Shown piece after piece: positions 39,722 to 49,430 of a stretch of 64,000 nucleotides of DNA; the first letter of the stretch is position 1; each line of letters starts with the position of its first letter. The position numbers and the translations under genes are program-made. The stretch is from Nitrospirota bacterium (GTDB lineage Bacteria; Nitrospirota; Thermodesulfovibrionia; UBA6902). The stretch lies in the NCBI GenBank assembly GCA_016214845.1, contig JACRMS010000016.1:20488-84487 (forward strand), in the 5' to 3' direction. Under the pieces are notes generated by a model. It was not told the origin of the DNA and ran no database searches. It worked only from the letters and a program-made list of their open reading frames with translations.

Positions 39722-39849
39722 ACCACGGAGACACAGAGGCACTGAGTTGGAAAATAAGAGAAAATACTAAGGCGCATCCTTCACCTCGGTTGTTACGCAA
39801 AACTCTCCGGCATCCTGTTGTTTTCTCTGTGTCTCTGTGTCTCCGTGGT
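39722..39849. repeat. long inverted repeat AACCACGGAGACACAGAGGCAC ... CTCTGTGTCTCCGTGGT (first of two related copies)
   Basis: A 17-bp perfect plus extended imperfect IR flanking ~80 nt, followed by a T8 run. Confidence 0.7.
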
Positions 39850-39938
39850 AAATGAACTGCCGTTTTTTTTAACTCTATTTGTAGCTTTTCCGGAGAAAGT
39901 GATAAAATCGGGTTGAAATAATACGGATCGGGTTTTAA

Positions 39939-40547
39939 ATGAAATTACCGGAAACAAAAAACCAGTTGCACATCAGGATCAAACCTGGCGAATATCTCGC
40001 TTCCAGGCAGAGCGTAATTATCTCGACAGTGTTGGGCTCATGTGTAGCCGCGTGTTTATATGACCCGGTGCAAAAGGTCATAGGGATGAACCATTTCCTC
40101 CTGAGCAACAGGCGTTACGCCAGGAATATGCCGTATTATGTTACAGAAGCGGGCAGATACGGAATTCACGCCATGGAAATCCTTATCAATGAAATGCTGA
40201 AGCTCGGTGCGAGACGCGAAAATCTTCGTGCCAAGGCCTTCGGCGGGGCGTCATTATTTCAACCTTCAGGTGAGGCAGGAAATTTCTTTTGCGTAGGAGA
40301 AGTAAACTCTAAGTTTATCCGGGAATTCCTGGAGACAGAGGGGGTCCCGCTGGTGACCTCGGACCTCGGCGGGGACAGGGGCAGGGCCATTCATTTTCAC
40401 TATGATGATTTTTCCGTTTACGTAAGAAAAATACAGAAGACCGTCAACAAAAAACTGGGCCTGAAGGAAAAACAGTTCTGGCAAAGGAGCATGGAGATAC
40501 AGGAGCAGAAAGCAGTTGAATCCGATATCTGGCTTTCTGACATGTAA
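39939..40547 (+). CDS. cheD: CheD-family chemoreceptor glutamine deamidase-like protein with ~40-aa C-terminal extension
   Basis: IISTVLGSCVAACLYDPVQKVIGMNHFLLS...AFGGASLF matches the CheD catalytic Cys/His region. Confidence 0.65.
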   Translation: MKLPETKNQLHIRIKPGEYLASRQSVIISTVLGSCVAACLYDPVQKVIGMNHFLLSNRRYARNMPYYVTEAGRYGIHAMEILINEMLKLGARRENLRAKAFGGASLFQPSGEAGNFFCVGEVNSKFIREFLETEGVPLVTSDLGGDRGRAIHFHYDDFSVYVRKIQKTVNKKLGLKEKQFWQRSMEIQEQKAVESDIWLSDM

Positions 40548-40554
40548 ATAGGTT

Positions 40555-40672
40555 TGTCCATAAACTCAAAATTGAACTGTCATTCCCGCAGTCTTTTGAG
40601 CGGGAATCCAGTTTTTCAATAAGTTCTGGATGCCCGATTACTGACTTCGGGCATGACAAAAATAATAAAACA
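40555..40672. repeat. variant copy of nested-palindrome repeat with conserved flanks (TGTCCATAAACTCAAA ... GCATGACAAAAATAATAAAACAG)
   Basis: gtcattcccgcagtcttttgagcgggaatccag...ctggatgcccgattactgacttcgggcatgac. Shares extended flank homology with the copy at 49141. Confidence 0.75.
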
Positions 40673-42323
40673 GACACTAAATGAAACCATTATGAAAATC
40701 AGGGACACTTTAAAATTCTCAGCCGGCAGCAACATAACAATATTCGGCTTCATCCTTATAATTCTTGTATGGATATTTGAGGCCGCTGTGCACTCCTTCA
40801 TACTTAAGGAAGGCGCCTTTTTGGAACAACTGCTATTCCCTGATATGCATGAGATGTGGATGCGTCTGTTGATCTCTTCCCTTTTAGCAGGTTTTATTGT
40901 CTACGTACAAATGGCCTTTAACAGGCAGCTAAAGATAAAGAAAGATATGCTGGCAGAGATTAAAAAGACAAACGATGAAAGGGCAAAGACGGAATCAGTT
41001 ATCGCAAGCGTGGGCGACGGCTTATGCCTGATGGATTCGAATTGCAGGATCACATATCAGAACAAGATCCATGAAGATATCTTCGGGAAGCAGATCGGCA
41101 ATTACTGTTACAAGCTGTATAAGGGTGAGCCGACCTGCAAAGAGTGTCCCGTTTACAATACCTTCAATGACGGCGATATTAACACAACGGTAAAAACGGC
41201 GACCATTGATGCGGAACAGATGTACTTTGAGATCACGTCTTCGCCGATGAAAAATGCGGCCGGGGAAATAACAGCGGCCATTGAGATTGTCAGGAATGTA
41301 ACAGAACGAAAATGGGCGGAAGAAGCGATTGTCGCGAGCGAGATGCGGTTCCGGGCGACCTTTGCCGAAGCGGCCATCGGGATGGCGCTTGTTAACATGG
41401 ACGGCTGTCCCTTAGTTAGCAATTCCGCCCTGCAAAACATGTTAGGGTACAGTTGGAAGGAGCTTTGCAATATGGTCTTAAAGGGGCTTACCCATCCGGA
41501 CGACGCAGATGCCGACAGGCGACTTTACGAGGAATTGATGGCCGGCAAGCGCAACTCCTACCAGATAGAGAAGCGTTACATCCGCAAGGACGGACAACTG
41601 CTCTGGGGGCACCTGACCATCTCCCTGGTCCGTGGTCCGGAGGGCAATCCCCAGTTTGCCGTAGCTATGATTGAAGATATATCCGACCGCAAAAAAATGG
41701 AGGGCCTGCTTATAGAGATTGAAGAAAAGGAACGCCAGCGTATAGGCCAGGATTTACACGACGGGCTGGGGCAGCTTCTTACAGGCATTGCCTTTAAACT
41801 CAGGGGGCTTGGGCGCAAGCTTGAGAGAAACTCTTCTGCGGGGGTTGTGGATGCCGCGGAGATATCCGTTCTCGTAGACGACGCCAAGGTGCTGGTGGGC
41901 CAGATCGCAAAAGGGCTTTCCCCGGTTGAAACGGAGCATGACGGCTTCATAAGCGCGCTTGAGCAGTTGGCTGTTAATACCTACAGGATGTTCGGGATAG
42001 ATTGCGTCTTCTTGTGCGACAGCCCGGTCTCCGTACAGAATAAAACAGCAGTCACTCAATTATACCGTATTGCCCAGGAGGCTGTGACCAATGCGGCCAA
42101 ACACGGTAAGCCGGAACACATCTCCATTTCCCTTTCGGAAGAAAACGGCAAGGTCTCAATGACGATAAAAAATGACGGCGCGGGGATCCCTGATATGTCG
42201 GGAAAACAAGACGGCATGGGATTAAAGATAATGAAATACCGCGCTAACCTCATTAACGCCTCGCTTGAAATTAAGCGGGATGTCACCGGCGGCACAATCG
42301 TGAAGTGCCTCCTGTCCGAATAG
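40653..42323 (+). CDS. membrane sensor histidine kinase (TM, Cys-rich PAS, PAS, HisKA_3, HATPase_c)
   Basis: The first PAS domain carries CLMDSNC...CYKLYKGEPTCKECP. H-box ERQRIGQDLHDGLGQLLTGI (HisKA_3). C-terminal ATPase domain. Start lies inside the repeat element, so it is uncertain (40653, 40680 or 40692). Confidence 0.75.
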   Translation: MTKIIKQTLNETIMKIRDTLKFSAGSNITIFGFILIILVWIFEAAVHSFILKEGAFLEQLLFPDMHEMWMRLLISSLLAGFIVYVQMAFNRQLKIKKDMLAEIKKTNDERAKTESVIASVGDGLCLMDSNCRITYQNKIHEDIFGKQIGNYCYKLYKGEPTCKECPVYNTFNDGDINTTVKTATIDAEQMYFEITSSPMKNAAGEITAAIEIVRNVTERKWAEEAIVASEMRFRATFAEAAIGMALVNMDGCPLVSNSALQNMLGYSWKELCNMVLKGLTHPDDADADRRLYEELMAGKRNSYQIEKRYIRKDGQLLWGHLTISLVRGPEGNPQFAVAMIEDISDRKKMEGLLIEIEEKERQRIGQDLHDGLGQLLTGIAFKLRGLGRKLERNSSAGVVDAAEISVLVDDAKVLVGQIAKGLSPVETEHDGFISALEQLAVNTYRMFGIDCVFLCDSPVSVQNKTAVTQLYRIAQEAVTNAAKHGKPEHISISLSEENGKVSMTIKNDGAGIPDMSGKQDGMGLKIMKYRANLINASLEIKRDVTGGTIVKCLLSE

Positions 42324-42335
42324 TAAATATTGGGC

Positions 42336-42385
42336 CGCAGATTGACGCGGATTACACAGATAAAGAAATCCGCGTCAATCTGTGC
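42336..42385. terminator. bidirectional hairpin terminator between convergent genes
   Basis: ccgcagattgacgcggatt-acacagataaagaa-atccgcgtcaatctgtg: 17-bp perfect stem. Confidence 0.5.
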
Positions 42386-42415
42386 AAATCAGCGGCTAAG
42401 AAAACATCCTGAAAT

Positions 42416-43597
42416 TTATTTATCTTTACGCAATTTGGTTATTGAATACCTGACGAGTTCGGAAAGATATGCGGCGCCGACCCTGAGGACTTCTTCGTCA
42501 AAATCAAACCTCGGGCTGTGGGAGGGGACATGCTCATTCCCTTTTATCGCGCCTCCGAACCTGACAAAACAGCCTGGCACTTTTTGCAGGTAATACGCAA
42601 AGTCTTCGCCCCCGAGAGTTGGAAAAGGGATGGCGATCATGTTCTTCTTCCCGACAACTTCCTCAGCCACATGCCATGCAAACTCATACGCCCTCTCTTC
42701 GTTTATCACCGGAGGATACCCCGGCTTGAGCACGACCTGTACCTCCGCATCATGAAGAAATGAAAAAGAGGACGCCATTTTCCTGACCTTATCGATCACC
42801 AGCGTCCTTATCGACTCATCCGTTGTCCTTATCGTGCCTTTCAGGACCGCCTTTTCCGCGATCGCGTTATGAACGGTCCCCGCCTTGACATATCCGACCG
42901 TTATCACCGCGGGATGAAGGGGATCAATTTCCCTTGAGATGATCGTCTGTAAATTCATCACAAGCTGGCTTGCGATTATAACGGCGTCAACGGCCTCATG
43001 GGGCCTTGCGGCATGTCCGCCCTTGCCGGTGATCTTTATTTCAAAGCCGTCGGTAAATGATGTATGCAGTCCTGTTTTTATTCCAATTTCGCCGACGTGA
43101 TGGTGTGTCTCGATATGTCCTCCGAAGATCATATCGACTCCATCAAGGACGCCTTCTTCTATCATAGGCTTGGCCCCGCCTTCGTTTTCCTCGGCAGGCT
43201 GAAAAATAAAAATGACATTTCCGTCAGGAGGATCTTTCTTTAACACAGCAGCCGCGCCTAATAAAATGGCAACATGGCCGTCATGCCCGCAGGCATGCAT
43301 AAGCCCGGGGACTTGTGAAGAAAATGGAAGGCCTGTTTCCTCAAACACAGGCAGGGCATCCATGTCAGCCCTCAGCGCGACAGTCGGCGCGTTTTCATTA
43401 ATTGTTAATTTCGCGACTATGCCCGTCTGCGCAACGCCTGTTTTACAGGGGATTCCGAGTTTCTTCAGGCAGCCGGCAATAAGCTCAGCGGTCTTTTCTT
43501 CATTAAATCCCACTTCAGGAGAGCGGTGTATCTCCCGCCTTATATTTCTCATCCACTCAAAAAGCCCATCGCTGACTATTTTCTTAATCCTGCTCAT
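42416..43597 (-). CDS. M20D-family amidohydrolase (N-acyl-amino acid / hippurate hydrolase-like)
   Basis: RREIHRSPEVGFNEEKTAE...ALRADMDALPV...MHACGHDGH. Confidence 0.8.
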   Translation of the reverse strand: MSRIKKIVSDGLFEWMRNIRREIHRSPEVGFNEEKTAELIAGCLKKLGIPCKTGVAQTGIVAKLTINENAPTVALRADMDALPVFEETGLPFSSQVPGLMHACGHDGHVAILLGAAAVLKKDPPDGNVIFIFQPAEENEGGAKPMIEEGVLDGVDMIFGGHIETHHHVGEIGIKTGLHTSFTDGFEIKITGKGGHAARPHEAVDAVIIASQLVMNLQTIISREIDPLHPAVITVGYVKAGTVHNAIAEKAVLKGTIRTTDESIRTLVIDKVRKMASSFSFLHDAEVQVVLKPGYPPVINEERAYEFAWHVAEEVVGKKNMIAIPFPTLGGEDFAYYLQKVPGCFVRFGGAIKGNEHVPSHSPRFDFDEEVLRVGAAYLSELVRYSITKLRKDK

Positions 43598-43871
43598 TTG
43601 AAATACCTCTTTGACTCACGCCATGAAGCTTTACGATTTTATTCTTTGAACTCTCCCCTGAGATTATCTCAACGTCCTTTTTGGCGATCCCGTATTCCTT
43701 TGCAAGAAGATTTATAAGCTCCTTGTTTGCCTTGCCTTCAACGGGCGGCGCAGTCAATTTGACCTTCAATGCGTCTCCGTACGGGCCGACTATCCCCGCA
43801 CGGGACGAGCGCGGCTCCACCTTGATCTTCAGCGTCAGTTCATTTTTTGGATTTGGTTTTGATTTACTCAT
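43584..43871 (-). CDS. DUF167 (YggU-like) protein
   Basis: LKIKVEPRSSRAGIVGPYGDALKVKLTAPPVEGKANKELINLLAKEYG. Confidence 0.6.
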   Translation of the reverse strand: MSKSKPNPKNELTLKIKVEPRSSRAGIVGPYGDALKVKLTAPPVEGKANKELINLLAKEYGIAKKDVEIISGESSKNKIVKLHGVSQRGISNEQD

Positions 43872-43946
43872 ACACTAACTCCCCTTGCCCCTTTATTCCC
43901 CTCTATCAAGAGGGGTTAGGGGTGTGTTCCCTCTTAATTAAATCCG

Positions 43947-44867
43947 CTACGCTGCAAACACTACATCCATCTTTATCATGTCCCTTTCAGGAGAATAGCT
44001 GCCTACTGCGAGAAGCTCGCCTTTGAGCGATCTTATTCTTATGCCCTCAGCTTTTTTATAGTCATCCGAAAGAGACAACACCTTGACCGGATTGCCGTGG
44101 GCAACGCCGTTTGCCATTGTTTCGTTTATCGTCAGACCGGGCATCCATGACAGGGCTTTATCCATTGTATAAACGCCCTTGCCGGGTTCATTCATATTTA
44201 TATCCTTAAGCTCTTCGATTGTCAAACTGTCTTCAACCCTGAACGGGCCGACTGCCGTGCGTTCAAGCCCGGAGAGATGCGCGCCGCTGCCGAGTGTTAT
44301 GCCTATATCATGGCACAGCGTCCTGACATAAGTGCCTTTTGCACAACGCGTCCTGAATGTAACGTAAGGCAGATTGAGATCCAAAAGTTCGATATCGTAA
44401 ATGGTTACCGCTCTAAGCTTGCGGTCGATCTCGATCCCTTTGCGGGCCAGTTTATAGAGCGGCTCGCCCTGGTGCTTTAACGCGGAAAACATCGGAGGCT
44501 GCTGGAGGATCTTACCCTGAAAAGATTTCAAAGCCTCCTCAATAACCCCCTCTTCGAAATCAATCTTATCTGAACTGGATAAGACCTTGCCGTACGCATC
44601 CTGGGTGTCTGTTGTTTCTCCTAATTTCATTACCGCCATGTATTCCTTGTCAAGCGAGGAAAAATAATTGGCAAGCCGTGTCGCCCTGTTGATGCAGATA
44701 AGCAGAAGGCCCGTGGCCATCGGGTCGAGGGTCCCGGTGTGGCCGACCCTTTTTTCTTTTAAGATCTTTCGCACTTTCATGACCGCGTCATGCGAGGTAA
44801 TGTCTTTGGGTTTATTCAGACTGATAATAAGGTCCATGGTATTTTTGATCCAAAAATCTATTTTCAA
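43947..44867 (-). CDS. truB: tRNA pseudouridine(55) synthase
   Basis: KVGHTGTLDPMATGLLLICINRATRL (catalytic Asp motif) and a C-terminal PUA domain. Confidence 0.85.
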   Translation of the reverse strand: MKIDFWIKNTMDLIISLNKPKDITSHDAVMKVRKILKEKRVGHTGTLDPMATGLLLICINRATRLANYFSSLDKEYMAVMKLGETTDTQDAYGKVLSSSDKIDFEEGVIEEALKSFQGKILQQPPMFSALKHQGEPLYKLARKGIEIDRKLRAVTIYDIELLDLNLPYVTFRTRCAKGTYVRTLCHDIGITLGSGAHLSGLERTAVGPFRVEDSLTIEELKDINMNEPGKGVYTMDKALSWMPGLTINETMANGVAHGNPVKVLSLSDDYKKAEGIRIRSLKGELLAVGSYSPERDMIKMDVVFAA

Positions 44868-44894
44868 TAATTCAGATGTTGAATTATAACGGCG

Positions 44895-46586
44895 TTAAGG
44901 TTTCCTGTGTTTCAGAAGTTTCTGGTGCTCTGACTGAAGAGATTTTAACAGATTTAAATCCTTTTTCAATTCCGCTTCTTTGATCTTCCTCTGTAATTCC
45001 TGCAATAATATCTTCCGCCTGTTTTCTCTTATCCTGGTAACGCAATCGTCTATCGTCTTCTCCGGGTCTTCGAAATGGTCTTCCAGTGATATCTCCGTGA
45101 GAAAGTTTTTCTCTGCCTCGTCACACTGTGAATACAGTCCTTTGAAATCCGTTGACCCCTCTTTGATCCTTTTAAACACCGACCTCGCCATAATGTCTTT
45201 AAAATCCTCTTCAGAAAGAATGTGCGAGACCTCTTCAGCCTTCTCCGGCAATTGCAGAAGCAGTTTTATCAAGGTCACTTCTTCTACGGGCCTGGGCCCT
45301 GAATGAGACACGGAGGAAGCGGTTTGTCCTTCAGACGAAGACTGGCTCCTGACTTTCTTGAATTCCTCCCTGATAAATATCTCGTTTACTCCCAGTTTCT
45401 CGGAAAGCATTTTTATGTATTGCCCCCGGAGGATGCTGTCCTGGACTTTAGAGATCGCTGTTAATGCCTCGCGCGCTATCAGGCGTTTATCGCCTTTCTG
45501 CCGCATGAAGAAGTCAACTATCGACAACGGGTTGTCGAGCAGCTCCTGAAACGCCTCTTTGCCTTTTTCCCTCAGAAAACTGTCAGGGTCTTCTTTGTCC
45601 GGAAAAGAAAGCACCCTGACATTCAGTCCCGCTTCCAAAAGAATATTGGCGGCGTTTTTGACCGCCTTTCTCCCGGCCTCGTCACTGTCAAAGACAAGGA
45701 GCACGTCTTCTGTAAACCTCTTTATTAGCTTCCCGTGTTCCAGCGTAAATGCCGTGCCCAGCGGCGCAACCGCGTTTGAAAAGCCGTACATGTGGGTGGT
45801 GATGACATCAAGGTAGCCTTCCATAAACAGGACACGTCCCGTTTCCTTTATCGCGTCTTTTGCGCGGTGTATCCCGTAGAGGACCCGCCGTTTGTTAAAA
45901 ATAATTGTCTCAGGCGAATTCAGATACTTCGGCTCATCGCCATCGATGGACCTGCCGCCGAATGCGATAACATCGCCCTTTAAGTCATAAATGGGAAACA
46001 TTATCCTGTCCCTGAACGTATCATAAAAACCCTTTGCGCCCTGTGTGACGAGCCCGGCCTTTTTTATTATTTCCGGCTTGTAGCCTTTGCGCGAAAGATA
46101 CTTAATAAGCGCGTCCCAGGTCTTTGGCGCGTATCCAAGAGAGAAGACTTTTTGGGCGTTTTCTTCGATCCCGCGCTTGTTGAGGTATGCCTTTGCCTTG
46201 TCACTTTTTAAAAGGTAGTGCTGAAAAAAAACAGCGGCGTCCTTATGCATGTTGAGAAGGACCTCTTTTTCCCCGCTTTGGACCGTGTCCTTTTGAAAAG
46301 TCTTGAGAGGGACCCCCGCCTTTTTGGCCAAAACAGCGACAGCCTCCGGGAAGGAAAGGCTCTCATATTTAACAAGGAAGGAGAAGATGTCGCCGCCGCT
46401 GCCGCAGCCGAAGCAATGATATATCTGTTTTGCGGGATTGACGGTAAAAGAGGGGGTCTTCTCTGTGTGAAAAGGGCAAAGCCCCTTCCAGTTCTGCCCG
46501 GCCTGCTTCAGGCGCACATATTCGGATATGACGTCAACGATATCAAGCCTGTTTTTTATTTCTTCAAGGGTGCTGTCGGAAGGCAT
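44895..46586 (-). CDS. dnaG: DNA primase
   Basis: Zinc finger CPFHTEKTPSFTVNPAKQIYHCFGCGSGGDIFSF; TOPRIM domain (EGYLDV...VLVFDSDEAG). Start is probably the second Met. Confidence 0.85.
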   Translation of the reverse strand: MPSDSTLEEIKNRLDIVDVISEYVRLKQAGQNWKGLCPFHTEKTPSFTVNPAKQIYHCFGCGSGGDIFSFLVKYESLSFPEAVAVLAKKAGVPLKTFQKDTVQSGEKEVLLNMHKDAAVFFQHYLLKSDKAKAYLNKRGIEENAQKVFSLGYAPKTWDALIKYLSRKGYKPEIIKKAGLVTQGAKGFYDTFRDRIMFPIYDLKGDVIAFGGRSIDGDEPKYLNSPETIIFNKRRVLYGIHRAKDAIKETGRVLFMEGYLDVITTHMYGFSNAVAPLGTAFTLEHGKLIKRFTEDVLLVFDSDEAGRKAVKNAANILLEAGLNVRVLSFPDKEDPDSFLREKGKEAFQELLDNPLSIVDFFMRQKGDKRLIAREALTAISKVQDSILRGQYIKMLSEKLGVNEIFIREEFKKVRSQSSSEGQTASSVSHSGPRPVEEVTLIKLLLQLPEKAEEVSHILSEEDFKDIMARSVFKRIKEGSTDFKGLYSQCDEAEKNFLTEISLEDHFEDPEKTIDDCVTRIRENRRKILLQELQRKIKEAELKKDLNLLKSLQSEHQKLLKHRKP

Positions 46587-46713
46587 GAATAAATGATACA
46601 GGATGCCGGATGCAGGATACAAGCCCTCTTGTTTTAACCTTTTTTCCCCGCCTACAGATATTGAATGTTTCAGCCGATAAATATATGAGGTAAATTAAAA
46701 AAACGGACATGAA

Positions 46714-48354
46714 ATGATCGAAGGGAGATACGGTTTGCTTACACTGCTTTTAAAAACTATTGCTCAGAAAGATAATTTATGCATCCAGTGCGACGGCACC
46801 TTGAAGGACCTGATCAGCCTGATGAATGTAAACAAGAAAGGCGTGGTTGTCATCCTGAATGAAAACAAGGCTGTCGGTATTTTAACTGAACGCGACGTAG
46901 TCGAGATCCTGTACAACGGGGTTGATATGTCCTCAAGGATAGACTGCCACTCAAAACGACCTCTCGTTGTGACCAAAGGGGACAGGACCATCGGTTACGC
47001 CCTTAATTTAACTTTAGAGAACAATATCAGAAGGGTGATAGTGGCGGACGATGAAGGTAATTTTCTCGGCATTGTGACCCAGCAGGACCTGTTGAAATAT
47101 CTTGAAGAGGATTTTTACCGGCTGACGATCAAGGTCAAACACATCCTGAAAAAGACCGGGAGCCTGATAAGCGTCTCTCCCGACACCACCTTAAATATAG
47201 TGCTGCAGCAGATGATCCAGCACAAGATCAGCGCCGTCCCCGTAATTAAAGATAATAAGGCGCTTGGAATCGTGACAGAAAAGGACATCCTGAAGCTGAC
47301 TTGCGAAAATGTTTCGCTTAAAGACCATGTGGGAAAATACATGTCCTCGCCCGTTGAGACCGTCAACCTTGATACGCCTCTTGCTGAAATAGTGGAAGTC
47401 ATGAATTATGAGGGCATCAGGAGGGTAGTCGTTGTTGATAAGGACGGGGCCGCCGTTAACATCGTGACCATCAGGGACGTAATGGAAAACCTCGAAGGCG
47501 ATTACAACAGATTTATCGAGGGGAAACTCAAGACGGCGAGAGAAATTTTAAATCTGCTGCCTGAAATGCTTATTGAAGTGGTTGATGTGGGAAGCGAGCA
47601 TCTCGTGATCTGGGCCAATGACAAGGTCATCGGCAAATTCGGCAAGGAGATCCTGGATAAACCCGTTACTAATTTTATACCGAAGGAAAACTGGGAAAGG
47701 ATCTCCGCGACTTTAAATAAGCTGCATAAGATCGAGCGTATTAAATTCAAAAAAGAGGACAGGATATTTGAGCTTTCCGGGTTCCTGCTGAAAACATTCG
47801 GAGATAACGAGCAGGGAAGATATCAGCTTATTATGAGAGACATCACGGAAGATATTAAACTGTCGACTGTCGATCCTCTTACAAATATTTACAACAGAAG
47901 ATTTATCAACGGGTTCTTAATGAAAGAGATAGAGCGCTGCAAAAGGACCAACAGTCACTTCTCCATCGTCATATCCGACATAGACGATTTCAAGATCATA
48001 AACGACACCTACGGTCATCTGGCGGGAGACCTCGCCCTTAAAGCCGTATCGCAGATCATAGTCGACACCGTGCGTAACCTGGATGTCGTGGGGAGGTACG
48101 GAGGGGATGAATTCATGATTATTCTCCCTGAGACATCAAGCGACATAGCCTCTTATGTTATTGACAGGTTGAGGTGCAAGATAGAAAACCTGGAAATATC
48201 GCTTCCCAAAGGATTAGCGGCGAAAATAACGTGCAGTTTCGGAATTGCCACTTTCCCGGATGACGGGACCGGATCGGATGACCTGCTGGTAACAGCCGAT
48301 GAAAGATTATATAAGGCAAAAAGCATGGGGAAAAACAAAATCGCCTGCGTGTAG
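46714..48354 (+). CDS. CBS-domain-containing diguanylate cyclase (4x CBS + GGDEF)
   Basis: Four CBS repeats, then DPLTNIYNRRF...GRYGGDEFMIILPET (GGDEF active site). Confidence 0.8.
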   Translation: MIEGRYGLLTLLLKTIAQKDNLCIQCDGTLKDLISLMNVNKKGVVVILNENKAVGILTERDVVEILYNGVDMSSRIDCHSKRPLVVTKGDRTIGYALNLTLENNIRRVIVADDEGNFLGIVTQQDLLKYLEEDFYRLTIKVKHILKKTGSLISVSPDTTLNIVLQQMIQHKISAVPVIKDNKALGIVTEKDILKLTCENVSLKDHVGKYMSSPVETVNLDTPLAEIVEVMNYEGIRRVVVVDKDGAAVNIVTIRDVMENLEGDYNRFIEGKLKTAREILNLLPEMLIEVVDVGSEHLVIWANDKVIGKFGKEILDKPVTNFIPKENWERISATLNKLHKIERIKFKKEDRIFELSGFLLKTFGDNEQGRYQLIMRDITEDIKLSTVDPLTNIYNRRFINGFLMKEIERCKRTNSHFSIVISDIDDFKIINDTYGHLAGDLALKAVSQIIVDTVRNLDVVGRYGGDEFMIILPETSSDIASYVIDRLRCKIENLEISLPKGLAAKITCSFGIATFPDDGTGSDDLLVTADERLYKAKSMGKNKIACV

Positions 48355-48356
48355 AA

Positions 48357-48400
48357 ACGGTGACGGGTAACAAACACGCAGACCACTGACTTTTCCGGTT
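48357..48400. repeat. intergenic copy of the heptamer element (GTGACGG ... CTGACTT)
   Basis: ggtgacgggtaacaaacacgcagaccactgacttttccgg has the same parts as the two in-frame insertions in fabF. Confidence 0.45.
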
Positions 48401-48424
48401 ATCTTTGATAAACTCGTTTTTAAA

Positions 48425-49141
48425 ATGTCCCTGAAAACAGTTAAAAGCTACCTCGACCTCTGCAGGGTCAGCAATCTTCCGACTGTCTGGACCAATGTGC
48501 TGGCAGGCGTTGTCCTGTCAGGCATACCTTTTTCACTTCATCACTTTATCACTCTGTCACTTTCTCTTTCTTTCTTTTATTCAGGCGGCATGTGCCTGAA
48601 TGATATCTTCGATGCGAAAACGGACACGGGCAAAAAACCTTTCCGTCCCATTCCCTCTCAAAGAATATCAATAAATAGCGCTGTCCTGTTTACCATTGCA
48701 CTTTTTACTATCGCAATATTGCTTCTCGTTTTTGTTCCTCACCGGGAGGCAATCTATGCGGGCTTGCTGCTCCTCATATTAATTCTCATCTACGATAAAT
48801 TTCATAAAGGCCATCCATTAAGTGTCATCCTCATGGCAGCGTGCAGAGCAATGGTCTTCGTAGTTTCTTCAATTGCAGTTGCAGGGACGGTCGGGAAGTT
48901 TGTTGCGATCGCGGGGGCGCTCCAGTTTATTTATGTTCTTGTGATCAGCATCGTCGCCCGATATGAAAATAAAGGAGGGATGAGAGGATATTCTTTTCCT
49001 GTTGTCCCGGTTATGCTTGCCTGTATTTCATTGCTGGACGGGATTGTGATGGCTGTCCTTATTTCACCTGTATGGCTGACAGCGGGAATTACCGGGACAA
49101 CCCTAACCCTATTGGGACAAAGATACGTGAGAGGCGATTAA
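48425..49141 (+). CDS. UbiA-family prenyltransferase (short, 238 aa; 3' end abuts repeat insertion)
   Basis: First Asp-rich motif is CLNDIFDAKTD. 6-7 TM helices. A second Asp-rich motif is not evident. The stop codon TAA overlaps the first base of the repeat's terminal inverted repeat. Confidence 0.55.
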   Translation: MSLKTVKSYLDLCRVSNLPTVWTNVLAGVVLSGIPFSLHHFITLSLSLSFFYSGGMCLNDIFDAKTDTGKKPFRPIPSQRISINSAVLFTIALFTIAILLLVFVPHREAIYAGLLLLILILIYDKFHKGHPLSVILMAACRAMVFVVSSIAVAGTVGKFVAIAGALQFIYVLVISIVARYENKGGMRGYSFPVVPVMLACISLLDGIVMAVLISPVWLTAGITGTTLTLLGQRYVRGD

Positions 49142-49317
49142 TTAGAGTCTGTCCATAAACTCAAACATTGGATCGTCATTCCCGCAGTCTGTTGAGCGGG
49201 AATCCAGCTTTTAAATAAGTTCTGGATGCCCGATTAAAGACCCCCGATTACGAAATTCGAGGGCAGGCTTCGGGCATGACAAAAATATAAAACAGCAATT
49301 TATGGACAGACTCTAAT
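49141..49317. mobile_element. MITE-like element: 19-bp perfect terminal inverted repeats (ATTAGAGTCTGTCCATAAA / TTTATGGACAGACTCTAAT) enclosing the nested-palindrome repeat
   Basis: 177 bp with no ORF. Internal GTCATTCCCGC...GCGGGAATCCAG / CTGGATGCCCG...CGGGCATGAC hairpins. Confidence 0.7.
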
Positions 49318-49430
49318 TCCTCTGGAGCCATAGAGCAAAAGAAAGAACCTTTGCACTCTGGCACTTTTGAACTTTTGCTCTTTCCCGAAATTGATTTTAT
49401 AAAGTTATAACGTTTATACTTTTATATCGC

